A stretch of DNA of 64,000 bases from Candidatus Latescibacterota bacterium (GTDB lineage Bacteria > Latescibacterota > UBA2968): positions 2,656,001 through 2,720,000 of the forward strand of contig OZ242320.1 of assembly GCA_965208125.1 (NCBI GenBank), given 5' to 3'. Positions 40,660 to 51,560 of the stretch are shown here, one piece after another. The notes beneath the pieces were generated by a model. That model was given only the letters and a program-made list of their open reading frames with translations, was not told the DNA's origin and searched no databases. The position numbers were made by a program, and so were the translations under genes. Numbering within the stretch: position 1 is the first letter of the stretch; each line of letters opens with the position of its first letter.

Positions 40660-42597
40660 TTGTCTAAAAGCCATTTGATTATTCGCACGCTGGTTCTGAT
40701 CCCGATTTTTGCGGGGTGTCAGCCAGGTGAACAGGTGACAGTTTCGGGTGCGGTTGCAAAGCCGGGTACTTATGTATATCAGTCCGATAAATCGGCGAAC
40801 AGTTATCTCGAAGATGCCGGTGGCATGACGGAAGAAGCACTTCTCGATAGTGCATATCTGGTTCGCGGTTTGGTTGACTCTTCTGGCAAAGAGATAATCA
40901 AAAGTGTGACGATTTCCCTGTTGGAGCATCCAGAAGTTTTGCCCGATGATGTGATTAAAGTGCCAGTTCGCGTTTATGACGTGCGATTGGATACGGTTCG
41001 CGTTTTGCGCGATGTCCGATTGGTTCAAGAGAATCGGATTTTCAAAATTCCCGCGGGTGCCCTGGTGTCTGGGTGGACAGAGCGCGGCGTGCTGGTCGCG
41101 TTGTTACTTGGCCGTGGAAAAGTTTACGAGATGGCTGATACCGCAAAGGCAGTATGGGCTTTTCACTACTTATACGTTCATTTGCATCCCGATGAATACG
41201 ATCGCCTGAGGAGTTTTGCGGGAGATGTGATTGACAGTTTGGAGGCTCTGGAAGATGCACACGCCATCCATACACGCACCAGAACGCAGTTGGATTATGT
41301 GCATTACGCAGGGTTGCAACTTCCGCCTGCGGGTTATTGGCGCGTGTTGCTCGGGATTTTGCTAACGCCCAGGAGTGCATCCTTCCCGGGTAGTGGATTG
41401 CGCCGGCGTCGCTTTGAGGATGGGCGTGTGTGGACGACTTTTCCCAATGGGCGACAACGCTGGCAGTATCCCGATGGGCGGGTGGAGGTGATATTTCCCG
41501 GGGGCGTGAAGAAAGAAACCCGATTTCCCGATGGGCGGGTTGTGTCTGCCGCTGAACTGCAGGTGTCTCGCTTGAAAGATGAGTCGGCGGTTCGCAATGG
41601 TGTAGCCGGCGGCGCAATGGAGGAACGCGCTTCGGAAAGGGTGACGGAGATTTCGGCAGGGATAATACCCGATGGCTCTATAGTAACCCGCAAAAAAGAG
41701 GGAAATGAGCCTGCTATTCAGCCCGATGGATATATGATTGTGAAAGGGGTGGATGGTTCAACTCGAGAAACATTTCCCGATGGGCGAGAGATCGAGAGTA
41801 ATCGCTTTGGACAAAAGATCACCTCGTGGCCCGATGGTCGAAAAGAAGTGCGAATGCCGGTGGCATACAGTTATCCCGGTCCGTTGCGAACAGATCTCGC
41901 GGAGGTCAATCCGCTTCCAGATTCGATTGCTGTAGGTGAAGAACTGACGGTTACAGGGCAGTTACACAGCGAGGTGGAAGATATATCTGTCGCTGCTTTT
42001 ATCGCGCCCGATGGCAATGTGATCAAAGGGGCTGTGCGAAGGCGGGGGCGGCGGTTTCAGGCTCGGTTTCGGTTTGGGGAGGTGGGACATTGTCGCGTAC
42101 AGGTTCAGGTTGTCCTGCCCAGGGCACGCACCTTTACGGTTTCGCACCAGGCTGTGGTTGTTGGCAATCCCGAGAAGTTAGAAGATGAAGTTTTGACAAT
42201 AGCCCCTTATCCAGGCGATGAGGCGGCTGAACAATTTTTGATTGATCAAATTAATGCGGCGCGAAGGCGGATTGGATGTCAGGCTGTACTTCCACATCCC
42301 AATTTGATGCATGTGGCGCGCATCCGCCTCGAGGAAATGTTGGCTTTGGGTGAGGTATCCCACTTTTCTTTTGGAGGATTGGATGTGATGTGGCATGTAA
42401 CCGCCCGACGCTTGCCATTTTCCCAGGTGGGTGAAAATGTGGCAAACGGACATTTTGTCGAAACGATGCAGGCAGGTTGGATGTTAAGTGCGGGCCATCG
42501 TTCAAATATATTGGCGAGACACTGGACACATGTGGGGGTAGCTGTGGCAAAAGATAGGGACCTGGTGTGGGGCGTTCAGGTGTTTGCACGGCAATAA
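40660..42597 (+). CDS. Multidomain putative lipoprotein: SLBB-like N-terminus, (F/Y)PDG beta-hairpin repeats, C-terminal CAP domain
   Basis: FAGC lipobox; VTVSGAVAKPGTY...AGG; FPNG/YPDG/FPDG repeats; INAAR...GENVA...WMLSAGHRSNIL...VGVAV. Confidence 0.7.
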   Translation: MSKSHLIIRTLVLIPIFAGCQPGEQVTVSGAVAKPGTYVYQSDKSANSYLEDAGGMTEEALLDSAYLVRGLVDSSGKEIIKSVTISLLEHPEVLPDDVIKVPVRVYDVRLDTVRVLRDVRLVQENRIFKIPAGALVSGWTERGVLVALLLGRGKVYEMADTAKAVWAFHYLYVHLHPDEYDRLRSFAGDVIDSLEALEDAHAIHTRTRTQLDYVHYAGLQLPPAGYWRVLLGILLTPRSASFPGSGLRRRRFEDGRVWTTFPNGRQRWQYPDGRVEVIFPGGVKKETRFPDGRVVSAAELQVSRLKDESAVRNGVAGGAMEERASERVTEISAGIIPDGSIVTRKKEGNEPAIQPDGYMIVKGVDGSTRETFPDGREIESNRFGQKITSWPDGRKEVRMPVAYSYPGPLRTDLAEVNPLPDSIAVGEELTVTGQLHSEVEDISVAAFIAPDGNVIKGAVRRRGRRFQARFRFGEVGHCRVQVQVVLPRARTFTVSHQAVVVGNPEKLEDEVLTIAPYPGDEAAEQFLIDQINAARRRIGCQAVLPHPNLMHVARIRLEEMLALGEVSHFSFGGLDVMWHVTARRLPFSQVGENVANGHFVETMQAGWMLSAGHRSNILARHWTHVGVAVAKDRDLVWGVQVFARQ

Positions 42598-42611
42598 AAG
42601 CGAGGTTTGGT

Positions 42612-44207
42612 GTGAATAAAAAACAGGCCGATGTGCCCGATTTGCTTCAGATTGAAGGCGGGTTAAATTCAGGTACATCGCGGGAGGTGTCGCAACAAAC
42701 CGGTGTTCCCGAAGCACATGTCTATGGCGTGGGTAGTTTTTTTGATTTGTTGACGGATACGGACAAAAAAGTGCGGGTCTGCACGGGTTTGTCGTGTCGC
42801 ATGGCGGGTGCAGATCAGGTGCTGCAGGCGATGGAAGATGCGGGTCTGCCCGCGATGGGGTGTTCGTGTCTGGCAGCTTGTGATCGTCCGCCTGCGGTGT
42901 TGCGAGACCGCGATGTATTGCCCGCTGTATCGGTCGAAGATGTGGTGCGGGCAGATGGCGATTGGACAAGGCTTTTGCCTGAAATTGTGTCCAGTGACAA
43001 AAGCTGGTTGGGGCATGTGGGGCCAGAGGTGGATGATCCAGATACTATGGCGATTAATTTGTTGGGTCAGGCCGATTGGTCGGGCAAAGCGTTTGCTAAA
43101 GCCGCGAAGATGCGTCCCGAAGAAATTATCGAAGAAATAGAGACGTCAGGGCTGCAGGGTCGCGGTGGTGCGGGTTTTTCTGCTTCTTTTAAGTGGAATG
43201 CCGTGTGTTCAGAAAAAGAGACCACGCGTTATGTGGTCTTAAATGGCGATGAGAGCGAGCCAGGTACATTTAAGGATAGAGAGATTTTGATGCGTCGTCC
43301 CGATCTGGTTATTGAGGGATTGGCGATTGCGGCTTATACAATTGGGGCGAGAGATGTTTATTTGTACTTGCGGGGCGAGTTCGCTTTTCCAAAGGCTGTG
43401 ATGGCAAAAGCTATTGCGGAGTTTGAATCACATAATATATTTCCCGATATCCGTTTTCACATGCACTCGGGGCAGGGGGCGTATATTTGCGGCGAGGAGA
43501 CGGCACTTTTAGAGGCTTTGGAGGGCAAGCGCGGGATGCCGCGTTTGCGACCACCGTATCCCACAGAATACGGTCTGTGGGGAAAACCCACTCTTATTCA
43601 CAATGTGGAGACTGTTGCGTGCGTGCCTTCGATTATTTCTAACGGCGGTGATTGGTTTCGCGATTTGGGGCGCACAGAGGCGGGGTCAAAAGTGTATTGT
43701 ATTAGCGGGCATGTCAAACGCCCCGGTGTCTATGAGTTGCCATTGGGCATGACTTTGGATGAATTGGTTGAAGAGGCGGGCGGATATATTGGCACTCCGA
43801 AGGCGTTTAGCCCTGGGGGTGCGAGTTCGGGATTTTTGCCAGCTAAATACAGAGATCAGCCATTGGATTTTAAGACAATGGATGGATTGGGTTCGCTGCT
43901 CGGCTCGGCTGGTGTTGTCGTGTTGAACGATACGGTGGATATGAAATGGTCGGTCAGTCAACAGTTGAGATTTTTTCACGATGAAAGCTGCGGCCAATGC
44001 GCCCCCTGTCGCATTGGCACGCGGTATTTACACGAGGCACTGGAAAATCGCATTTGCAATCGGGAACAGGACCACAAACCTCATTTGCAACACGCAGAAG
44101 ATGTGGCGTGGCAAATGAGTGAGGGTTCGATATGTGGTCTTGGGCAAATTGCTGCTCTCCCCCTGACGAGTGCCCAAAAATTCTTCCCCGAGGAGTTTGA
44201 TGAATAA
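42612..44207 (+). CDS. NuoE/NuoF-like diaphorase subunit (FdsG/FdsB-like fusion)
   Basis: N-terminal CTGLSC...CLAAC; GLQGRGGAGF, NGDESEPG, YICGEETAL, ESCGQCAPCRIG. Confidence 0.88.
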   Translation: MNKKQADVPDLLQIEGGLNSGTSREVSQQTGVPEAHVYGVGSFFDLLTDTDKKVRVCTGLSCRMAGADQVLQAMEDAGLPAMGCSCLAACDRPPAVLRDRDVLPAVSVEDVVRADGDWTRLLPEIVSSDKSWLGHVGPEVDDPDTMAINLLGQADWSGKAFAKAAKMRPEEIIEEIETSGLQGRGGAGFSASFKWNAVCSEKETTRYVVLNGDESEPGTFKDREILMRRPDLVIEGLAIAAYTIGARDVYLYLRGEFAFPKAVMAKAIAEFESHNIFPDIRFHMHSGQGAYICGEETALLEALEGKRGMPRLRPPYPTEYGLWGKPTLIHNVETVACVPSIISNGGDWFRDLGRTEAGSKVYCISGHVKRPGVYELPLGMTLDELVEEAGGYIGTPKAFSPGGASSGFLPAKYRDQPLDFKTMDGLGSLLGSAGVVVLNDTVDMKWSVSQQLRFFHDESCGQCAPCRIGTRYLHEALENRICNREQDHKPHLQHAEDVAWQMSEGSICGLGQIAALPLTSAQKFFPEEFDE

Positions 44208-47016
44208 ATTGACATTGAACGGACAGACGGTGTGCTTTGCCGAAGGGGAAACCCTGCTGGATATTGCATCCCGTTATGGATTGGAGATTCCAACCCTGTG
44301 TCACGATCCGCGTTTAGAGCCCGCGGGTGCGTGTCGCTCTTGTCTTGTGGAAGTTGCAGGAGAACGATTGATGACGCCGGCCTGTGCGCGCATGGCACGA
44401 GACGGGATGGTGGTGACGACCGAGAATGAGCGCATTGATCGGCACCGCCAAACCCTGATGGCTCTGTACATGACTGATCATCCGCACGAGCGCGAAGTAT
44501 CGGAAGTCGGTTCGCCGGATTTATTGCTGGATATGGCTGCCGAGTTTGACGCACCGATGGATTGGGGCTGGATGGAGCCGATGCGGGGAGATCGAGAAGA
44601 TCACAATCCCTATGTGGATTTTAATCCCGAGACCTGTATTGCGTGTGCGCGGTGCGTGCGCTATTGCGAGGAAGTAGAAGGCGTTTCGGCTATTACTCTT
44701 GCAGGTAGAGGGTCGCATACGACGATTTCTACGGTGGAAGAAAAATCACTGCTGGATACGACGTGCGAGTTGTGCGGTGGATGTATTGATGTGTGTCCAA
44801 CTGGTGCCATGAATGAAAAATTGCCACTTATGCGCGGGCAAAAACCCGAGCGCGAACTGGTAAAGGTGCGGTCAACCTGCAACTTCTGTGGGGTGGGCTG
44901 TCAACTCGATCTCAATGTGGATTTAGAAGGACGAGATGGCAAGGGTCAAATCGTCAAGGTGACGAGTCCTCCGCCGGGCACGACGACTAATGACGGCAAT
45001 TTGTGTGTCAAGGGACGCTTTGCCTATGACTTTGTCCATCACAAGGACCGGTTGACGCAGCCGCTTGTGCGGGGTGAGGATGGCGTATTACATCCGACTA
45101 CCTGGGACGATGCGCTCCAAAAAGCGGCGGATGGGTTGTTGGGCGTTGCGGAGCGACACGGCGCAGATGCCCTGGGTTTTGTGAGTTCGTCGCGGTGTAC
45201 GATGGAGGAAAATTTTCTCGTTCAGAAGATGGCGCGCGCACTGTTTCGGGCAAATCACGTCCATCAGTGCGCGGCCACGTGACACGCGCCAACCGTGGCC
45301 GGTCTGGTCGAAACATTTGGTGCGGGTGCTATGACGAATTCAATTGGCGAGATACGCGATGTTGATTTTCTGTTTGTGATTGGCAGCAATACGAGCGAGG
45401 CGCATCCGATTATTGCTATGGAAATGAAGCGCGCGATTCGCAAAGGCGCGACCTTGGTTGTCGCCGATCCCCGGGCGATATGGATGACGTCTATTGCGGA
45501 AAAGCATTTGCAACTCAATCCCGGTACAGATGTGTGGTTGCTCAATGCCATGGCGCATGTCATTGTGGCAGAGGATTTGATCGACCGCGAATTTATCGAA
45601 AATCAGACTGAAAATTTTGAGCAGGTCAAAGAGACTGTCGCGTCTTATACACCCGAAAAGGCGGAAGAGATAACGGGTATTTCAGCAGATGATATTCGCT
45701 GGACTGCGCGGCAGTACGCTACGACGGAAAAAGCGGGTATATACTATACGCTGGGCATTACGGAACACGCACACGGGACGGATAATGTGTATGCGCTTGC
45801 AAATCTGGTTTTGATGACGGGGCATCTGGGCAAGCCATCAACCGGGATGAATCCCCTGCGCGGACAGAATAATGTGCAGGGTGCAAATGACGCGGGTGCC
45901 ACGCCGATGTTTTATCCGGGTTATCAGCGCGTGGATAATCCAGAGGTGCGGGAAAAGTACGAAAAGTCATGGGGTGTTCCACTGTCCCCTGTGCCGGGTT
46001 TGAATCTCAATGAGATGATGAAGACGGTGGGGGAACAGATGCGCGGCTTTTTTGTGATGGGTGAAGATATTGTGTTGTCCGAGCCAAATGTTCTCGAGTT
46101 GGAAAAGGGGTTGAATAATGTCGATTTTATCGTGATGCAAGATGCGTTTATGAATGAGACGGCGCGTTTTGCCGATGTGATTTTGCCCGCAGCCGTGTTT
46201 GCCGAGAAGGAGGGGACGTTCACCAATTCAGAGCGTCGCATTCAGAGGGTTCGCAAAGCGGTTGAACCCCCTGGGGAAGCGCTTCCAGATTGGGAAATTC
46301 TGGTTATGCTGGCGAATAAGATGGGCGCGAATTGGTCGTACAAAGATCCGGCAGAGGTGTATGCCGAGATGGTTAAAGACGTTCCTCAATTTGCCGGTAT
46401 CAGTCACGAGAAATTGGAAAAGATAGATCGCACAGCAGGAGAAGAGAGCATAGCGGGCTTGCAGTGGCCGTGTCCCGATGCGGATCATCCGGGTACAAAA
46501 TTTTTACACGAAGATGGGATTTTGCGGGGTAAGGGGTTGTTTATGCCCGTGCATTATATCCCGCCGGCAGAATTGCCAGATGAAGATTACGGTCTTTTTC
46601 TTTCTACGGGACGCACGCTGTATCACTACAATGCCGCAACGCAGACGCGCCGAGAGTCCGGGCTTGATGCAAAACAGTCCGAGGCTTTTGTGGAGTTGCA
46701 TCCGCGCGATGCGCGGAAACGGGGTGTTCATCACGGGGATATGGTGGAGGTGACGACGCGGCGCGGGCGTGTGCAGTTGCGGGCTATTTTGTCGCGGCAA
46801 GTGCGCCCGGGGTGTATCTGGATGCCGTTGCATTTTGCCGAGGCGCGCGCCAATGTGCTGACCAATGATGTGGGCGATGCAGTGACGGGGACAGCTGAGT
46901 ACAAGGTGTGTGCGGCGGAGGTGCGATTGGTCGAGTCGATGCCCGATAATGAAAAGTTCTTTCCGGGGAGCTATTACTACGAGAAGGGACCGGGGTTGCA
47001 GCGCGTGGGTGATTGA
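44200..47016 (+). CDS. fdhF: Formate dehydrogenase alpha subunit, selenocysteine-containing (TGA 45280-45282 = Sec)
   Basis: The two ORFs are in one frame joined by TGA in CAAT*HAPTVAGL; N-terminal Fe-S clusters, CNFCGVGC, PLRGQNNVQG, C-terminal molybdopterin-binding domain; SECIS-like hairpin follows. Confidence 0.9.
45283..45328 (+). promoter_or_regulatory. Bacterial SECIS-like element
   Basis: Directly 3' of UGA: GCGCCAA/TTGGTGC lower stem and GGCC-GGTCT-GGTC upper hairpin, resembling the fdhF SECIS. Confidence 0.7.
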
Positions 47017-47028
47017 GTCGGGGGATTT

Positions 47029-47062
47029 AAAAAAGCCGCGAGTATAATTCGCGGTTTTTTTT
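47029..47062. terminator. Bidirectional terminator
   Basis: A6-GCCGCGAGT...ATTCGCGGT-T7 between convergent genes. Confidence 0.8.
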
Positions 47063-48533
47063 AATAGGCTAACGCCTCTCGACCGAATCGCTCGGCAGCC
47101 TCAAGGGTCTCGCGCACATCGTCCCAGTTCGTGGTGTGGTTGGCGATGCACAGCCGGAGTGAAAACTTTCCATGCAGAAGCGTTGAGGATATAAAGGCTT
47201 TGTCTTCCCAAAAGATGCGGGCGAGTATTGTCTTGTTGATCTCTGCGAGTTCTTCTTCGTCAACAGCGGTATCGGTGGATTTGACGCGGAAGCATACGAT
47301 CCCCAGTGACGCGGGGTTTAACATCTCCAGTATTTGGCTTTCGCAGACGTACTCTTCCGCACGGGCGGCCAATTCCATTCCCTTTGCTACAGCCCCCCGA
47401 AATGCGGCCATCCCAAAGGTCTGGATCGACATCCAGATCTTAAGAGCGCGTACCGAACGGCTCAGTTGCAGGCCGCGATCCGAGAAGTTCGGGTGGTTCG
47501 CGCCCCATATTGTGTCCTGGAGAATGTCGTGGTGAACGCCGAAGGCGTTTTCAAGTGTACTAAGGTCTTTGACCAGCAGACAGCCGGCCTCATAAGGCTG
47601 GAAGAACCATTTGTGCGCGTCCAGGCCGATGGAATCAGCCCGCTCGATCCCGCGCAAGAGTTCTTTGCCCTGTTCGGTTACGACAGCGAAGCCGCCGTAA
47701 GCAGCATCAACGTGTAGCCATATACCTTCTGCCTCGCAGTAGTCTGACATGGTTACGAGTGGATCAATAGTCCCGGTACTGCTCGTTCCTGCGTTGGCGC
47801 ATACCGCAATGGGGGTGAATCCCGCTGCGCGGTCATCGGCTACAGTCTGTGCGAGTGCTTCCATGTCCAGGCGGAAGAGGTCGTCGCTTGGGATCAGGCG
47901 TATGCATTCCGGGCGAATGCCGATGATCCTGGCTGCGCGGATGTGCGCGCTATGGCTCTGGTCGCTCATATAAACAGTGGCGCGTTCAGGGTGGCCCGCT
48001 GCTTCTCGCGCTGCGACGAGGGCATCGAGGCTGGCCGCCGAGCCGCCGCTCGTCAAAAGCCCACCCGCGCTTTCTGGATATCCGAGCCATTGCCGCAACC
48101 AATCAATGACGACCAGTTCGAGTTGACTCGGACCGCTTCCGACCAGCCAGGTGCATGCGTTGACGTTGTATCCGGCGGCCATGAAATCGGCCAGCACGCT
48201 GGGCCATGTGGGCGACGATGGGATAAACGCGAAGCAACGGGGGTGGTCCAGTCGCATCGCAATTGGTAGGATTCCGTGTGCGGCCTGTTCAATAACTTCC
48301 ACTGGGGGCCGTCCATCTTCGGGCGGATCTTTCAGGAGTTGTTTCTCCAGTCCCTGCCGGAACTCTCCGTCCCAGGCATTTTCCCCTGGCAAGGTCTCGG
48401 TTCGCGCTACCAAAAGCTCCGCGGCTTTGTGCGCGAGTTCAAGCATGAGTTCGGGGGCCATCTGGAGGCTGTTACCCGTCTCGTCTGAAAGTTCTTGTTT
48501 TGTGTCTGATCTTCTTTCCATACCCCTTCTCAT
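47061..48533 (-). CDS. PLP-dependent group II (aromatic amino acid-type) decarboxylase
   Basis: HPRCFAFIP, LTSGGS, GTIDPL, WLHVDAAYGG, DAHKW, RALKIW. Confidence 0.9.
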   Translation of the reverse strand: MRRGMERRSDTKQELSDETGNSLQMAPELMLELAHKAAELLVARTETLPGENAWDGEFRQGLEKQLLKDPPEDGRPPVEVIEQAAHGILPIAMRLDHPRCFAFIPSSPTWPSVLADFMAAGYNVNACTWLVGSGPSQLELVVIDWLRQWLGYPESAGGLLTSGGSAASLDALVAAREAAGHPERATVYMSDQSHSAHIRAARIIGIRPECIRLIPSDDLFRLDMEALAQTVADDRAAGFTPIAVCANAGTSSTGTIDPLVTMSDYCEAEGIWLHVDAAYGGFAVVTEQGKELLRGIERADSIGLDAHKWFFQPYEAGCLLVKDLSTLENAFGVHHDILQDTIWGANHPNFSDRGLQLSRSVRALKIWMSIQTFGMAAFRGAVAKGMELAARAEEYVCESQILEMLNPASLGIVCFRVKSTDTAVDEEELAEINKTILARIFWEDKAFISSTLLHGKFSLRLCIANHTTNWDDVRETLEAAERFGREALAY

Positions 48534-49456
48534 TTTTTCACCTGCGGATAAAAGCCCGAGAGGAAGGTTAATTCCATGCCGGTTTGTGAGTCAGTGATTG
48601 GGATGGCATAACTGATCTTGGGCGAGCCAATGGGATCGCCTACTAATTCGCCATCACCATTCTCATCTACCGCCGGATTATCGAAGTAATACTCGACAAA
48701 ACCGCCACCTGCTGCGGCTGCAGCGATGAGTTCCTGGACGTATTTGACGCCATTGGGATCTTCAAAGTTAATCAGGTTTTGTCCCTCGAGATCTGCATTG
48801 GCTGCGTGAAATAATATGACGCCCTCGCTGTTTAAAACTGCGAGGTAGATGGCTTCGTGTTTCCACCTGCCATCTTCTTGTCTGAATTCTTCTGCGATGT
48901 CTTCGGAAAAGGGGAAGCTTTTCGCGTATTCTTTTGCGGCTTCTACAAAGGCTTTCAGGGTTTTCTTATCTACTACATCTCTGGCTGTGATCTGCTTTGT
49001 TGGCTCTTCCAGGGAGTATGAACCTTTCACCTGTACTTTTCCGCCAATGGGTAAATAGAGTATGACCTTATAGCCTGCGTTAATTGGTATGCTGGACCAG
49101 GAGCCGATCTCGACTCCGTCCTGCGAAGCACGCGCCTGGTAATAACCATTGCCCGATGAGATTTCCACCAGTGTTTGACCTTTTTCATCTGTTGTGCCAG
49201 ACCACTCATAGGCTGGCGTCTGTCCGGCAATGGAGCGCGAAAATTCTACGGTTGCACCGCTTACTGATGCGCCATCACGATGCAAAGTGACCATGACAAC
49301 AGCCTGTGCTTTGTGATGGGCTACTGCTAATTTGCTCAGGGGATGTCCAATCTGTTCCTCTGTGCCGACTTCTGGCTGCGTCACGCGCTCTCCGCCGCAG
49401 TTCCACATCAGTCCTGCAGCGAGAGCTATGATAGCTATACTGCGAATGTGGTTCAT
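48530..49456 (-). CDS. Putative lipoprotein: Ig-like module + single Cache domain
   Basis: LMWNC-GG lipobox-like; shared VEFSRSIAG...WSSIPINAG module; Cache motifs YL...FH...G.N...D.NG...GGGFVEYYF...K.SYA. Confidence 0.8.
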   Translation of the reverse strand: MNHIRSIAIIALAAGLMWNCGGERVTQPEVGTEEQIGHPLSKLAVAHHKAQAVVMVTLHRDGASVSGATVEFSRSIAGQTPAYEWSGTTDEKGQTLVEISSGNGYYQARASQDGVEIGSWSSIPINAGYKVILYLPIGGKVQVKGSYSLEEPTKQITARDVVDKKTLKAFVEAAKEYAKSFPFSEDIAEEFRQEDGRWKHEAIYLAVLNSEGVILFHAANADLEGQNLINFEDPNGVKYVQELIAAAAAGGGFVEYYFDNPAVDENGDGELVGDPIGSPKISYAIPITDSQTGMELTFLSGFYPQVKK

Positions 49457-49694
49457 CACCGGTCCTCCGTTTGTTGAATTTATTTTTTTGTGGTTCAAGG
49501 GTTATCAGTTACCTGTCTTCAAAGGGTCAATGTGGTTATATGCTTCAAGGTGATTACCTCCTTTTTTAAGTTTGATACTGTGAACTATGCCTTTCTATGA
49601 CTAAAGCAGGCACATTTTAGGGTTAAGAGATCAATTTGTCAAACTATATTAGAAGCAAAGCCCCAGGGATCTATGCTCCAAAAGGCGGTCAAAT

Positions 49695-49740
49695 AAAAAC
49701 AAACCGCTCTCTTTTTTCGCCGTGCAAGAGAGCGGTTTGA
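49695..49740 (-). terminator. Intrinsic terminator (duplicated at 53340-53383)
   Basis: AAACCGCTCTCTT/AAGAGAGCGGTTT stem. Confidence 0.75.
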
Positions 49741-49777
49741 GTGTAGTAAAAATGGATTGTTGATCGATTTCAGGACC

Positions 49778-51382
49778 TCACGGCGTGAACCGATAGACCA
49801 CGGGCAATTGCGCGGGGTCTGTGATGTTCAAATCTGTGTGGTGGTAGATGTTTATGCGCCCGGTGCCGCAGTCTCCAAATTCGTCGCAGGTGAGCGTGCC
49901 CAGGAGGCCCTGAAAGCCGGATGTCGCGTGGAGTTCTCTGCGCAGTGCGGCGCGATCTACATACAATTTCCCGCCAGCTTCGCCTGCAACAATCTCGATG
50001 GCGTTGAGCAGTAGCGTTGTGGCGTCGTAAGCGTGCGCCCAGTAAGGCGTGTTCGGAGACCCGCCGTACGTGGCTGCAAATGCGGCGAGGACTTCATCTA
50101 CGCTCTTGCCGGTGGCAGCATTGACGTTTGAGCCAATCACTGGCTCCGGGCCGGCAAAGTAGATGCCCTCCGATTGCGGCAGGGCGAGGAATTCTGTCAG
50201 GAGGAGGGCCGAACTCGTGATGAGTGTCGCGTCTTTCAGGCTGTCGTGTTCCCGCACCTGCTCGGCGAAGGGCGCGCCTTCCAGATCGAAGAGTGGAAAA
50301 TAGATGCCGTCCGGCTCGGCTGCTGCAAATTCCGTGAGGACAGATGCCATGTCCGTCTGCCCTTTCTCGATCCTGGCGGTGGCCGCAACTTCACCGCCCA
50401 GGGCGCTAAACGCATTGCCAAACGCGACGGTGAGGCCCATGGTGTACGGGTCGCCATCGTCTATGGCCACCAGGCGCCGCAGGCCCAATTCACTATATGC
50501 GAAATCGGCTACTGCGTTTGCCTCATAGAGGTCGTTGTTAGAGGTGCGGAAATAGCCGGAGTGGTAATTGGGACTCGCGTTACCGGCGAGGTCAGAGGTG
50601 AGCGCAGGCGAGGTGTTGGACGGCGAGATCATTACCAGCCCTGCCTCGCTGATCACCGGTGAGGCCGCCACTGCCGCACCCGAGCAGTTCGTGCCGATGA
50701 CGCCGACTACCTGCGGGTCGGCGATGATCTGCTCTGCGCCCATGCGTCCGCCTTCCGGTCCGCATCCGGTGTCCAGTGATTCGCCAAGTTCAACCGCGTG
50801 ACCGTGGATCAGGCCGAAGTCTCGCACGGCCAATTCAATAGCGTACCGCGACCACTCAGCAAGCCCCGGCACGACGGTGTGCGAGAGCAACGAACGGATT
50901 TGAACGGCTTCGCCCTCGTCAATCGTGACTAAAGAGCGCATGGATGAACCAGTCACCTGTGCTTGTCCACCGATGGGCAAATCGAGCATGACCTCGTAGC
51001 CCGCGTTGATTGGAATGCTCGACCAGGAACCGATTTCGATCCCGTCCTGTGAGACTCGCGCTTGATAATAACCATTGCTCGATGTGATTTCCACCCAGGC
51101 CTGACCATTGTCGTCGGTTGTGCCCGACCACTGATAGTCCGGGGCCTGTCCTGCAATGGAGCGCGAAAATTCTACAGTTGCACCGCTTACTGGTGCGCCA
51201 TCCTGGTGTACAGTGACCCCTATCGTAGCCTGTACGGCATCTTCGTGCGCCACCAATTTGCTCAGGGGACGGCCAACCTGCTCTTCTGTTCCGGTTTCTG
51301 ACTGTGTAACGCGCTCGCCGCCGCAGTTCCACATCAGTCCTGCAGCGAGAGCTATGATAGCTATACTGCGAATGTGTCTCAT
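49778..51382 (-). CDS. Putative lipoprotein: Ig-like module + LivJ-type periplasmic binding domain
   Basis: Same leader and module; GTNCSGA, MISPSNTSP.LT, YFRT..ND, HAYDAT. Confidence 0.85.
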   Translation of the reverse strand: MRHIRSIAIIALAAGLMWNCGGERVTQSETGTEEQVGRPLSKLVAHEDAVQATIGVTVHQDGAPVSGATVEFSRSIAGQAPDYQWSGTTDDNGQAWVEITSSNGYYQARVSQDGIEIGSWSSIPINAGYEVMLDLPIGGQAQVTGSSMRSLVTIDEGEAVQIRSLLSHTVVPGLAEWSRYAIELAVRDFGLIHGHAVELGESLDTGCGPEGGRMGAEQIIADPQVVGVIGTNCSGAAVAASPVISEAGLVMISPSNTSPALTSDLAGNASPNYHSGYFRTSNNDLYEANAVADFAYSELGLRRLVAIDDGDPYTMGLTVAFGNAFSALGGEVAATARIEKGQTDMASVLTEFAAAEPDGIYFPLFDLEGAPFAEQVREHDSLKDATLITSSALLLTEFLALPQSEGIYFAGPEPVIGSNVNAATGKSVDEVLAAFAATYGGSPNTPYWAHAYDATTLLLNAIEIVAGEAGGKLYVDRAALRRELHATSGFQGLLGTLTCDEFGDCGTGRINIYHHTDLNITDPAQLPVVYRFTP

Positions 51383-51503
51383 CACCGGTCCTCCCTTTGT
51401 TGAGTTTTTTCAGGTTTTGCGAAAGTCTGCTATATGGTGTAAATGCAGTTTATGCTTAGAAACTCTATTTGTCAAATATGTTTGTGAAGTCCTTGAGTAA
51501 AAT

Positions 51504-51535
51504 AAAAAAGCCGCGAATTATGCTCACGGCTTTTT
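51504..51535 (-). terminator. Intrinsic terminator, homologous to 47029-47062
   Basis: AAAAAAGCCGCGAATTATGCTCACGGCTTTTT. Confidence 0.75.
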
Positions 51536-51560
51536 AGCCTCCGTTTGTTGAATCTCATAT

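Noticed and set aside
45280-45282. In-frame stop suggesting an fdh pseudogene or two separate genes
   Set aside because: It falls at the catalytic Cys/Sec position and is followed by a SECIS-like hairpin, so recoding is the better explanation
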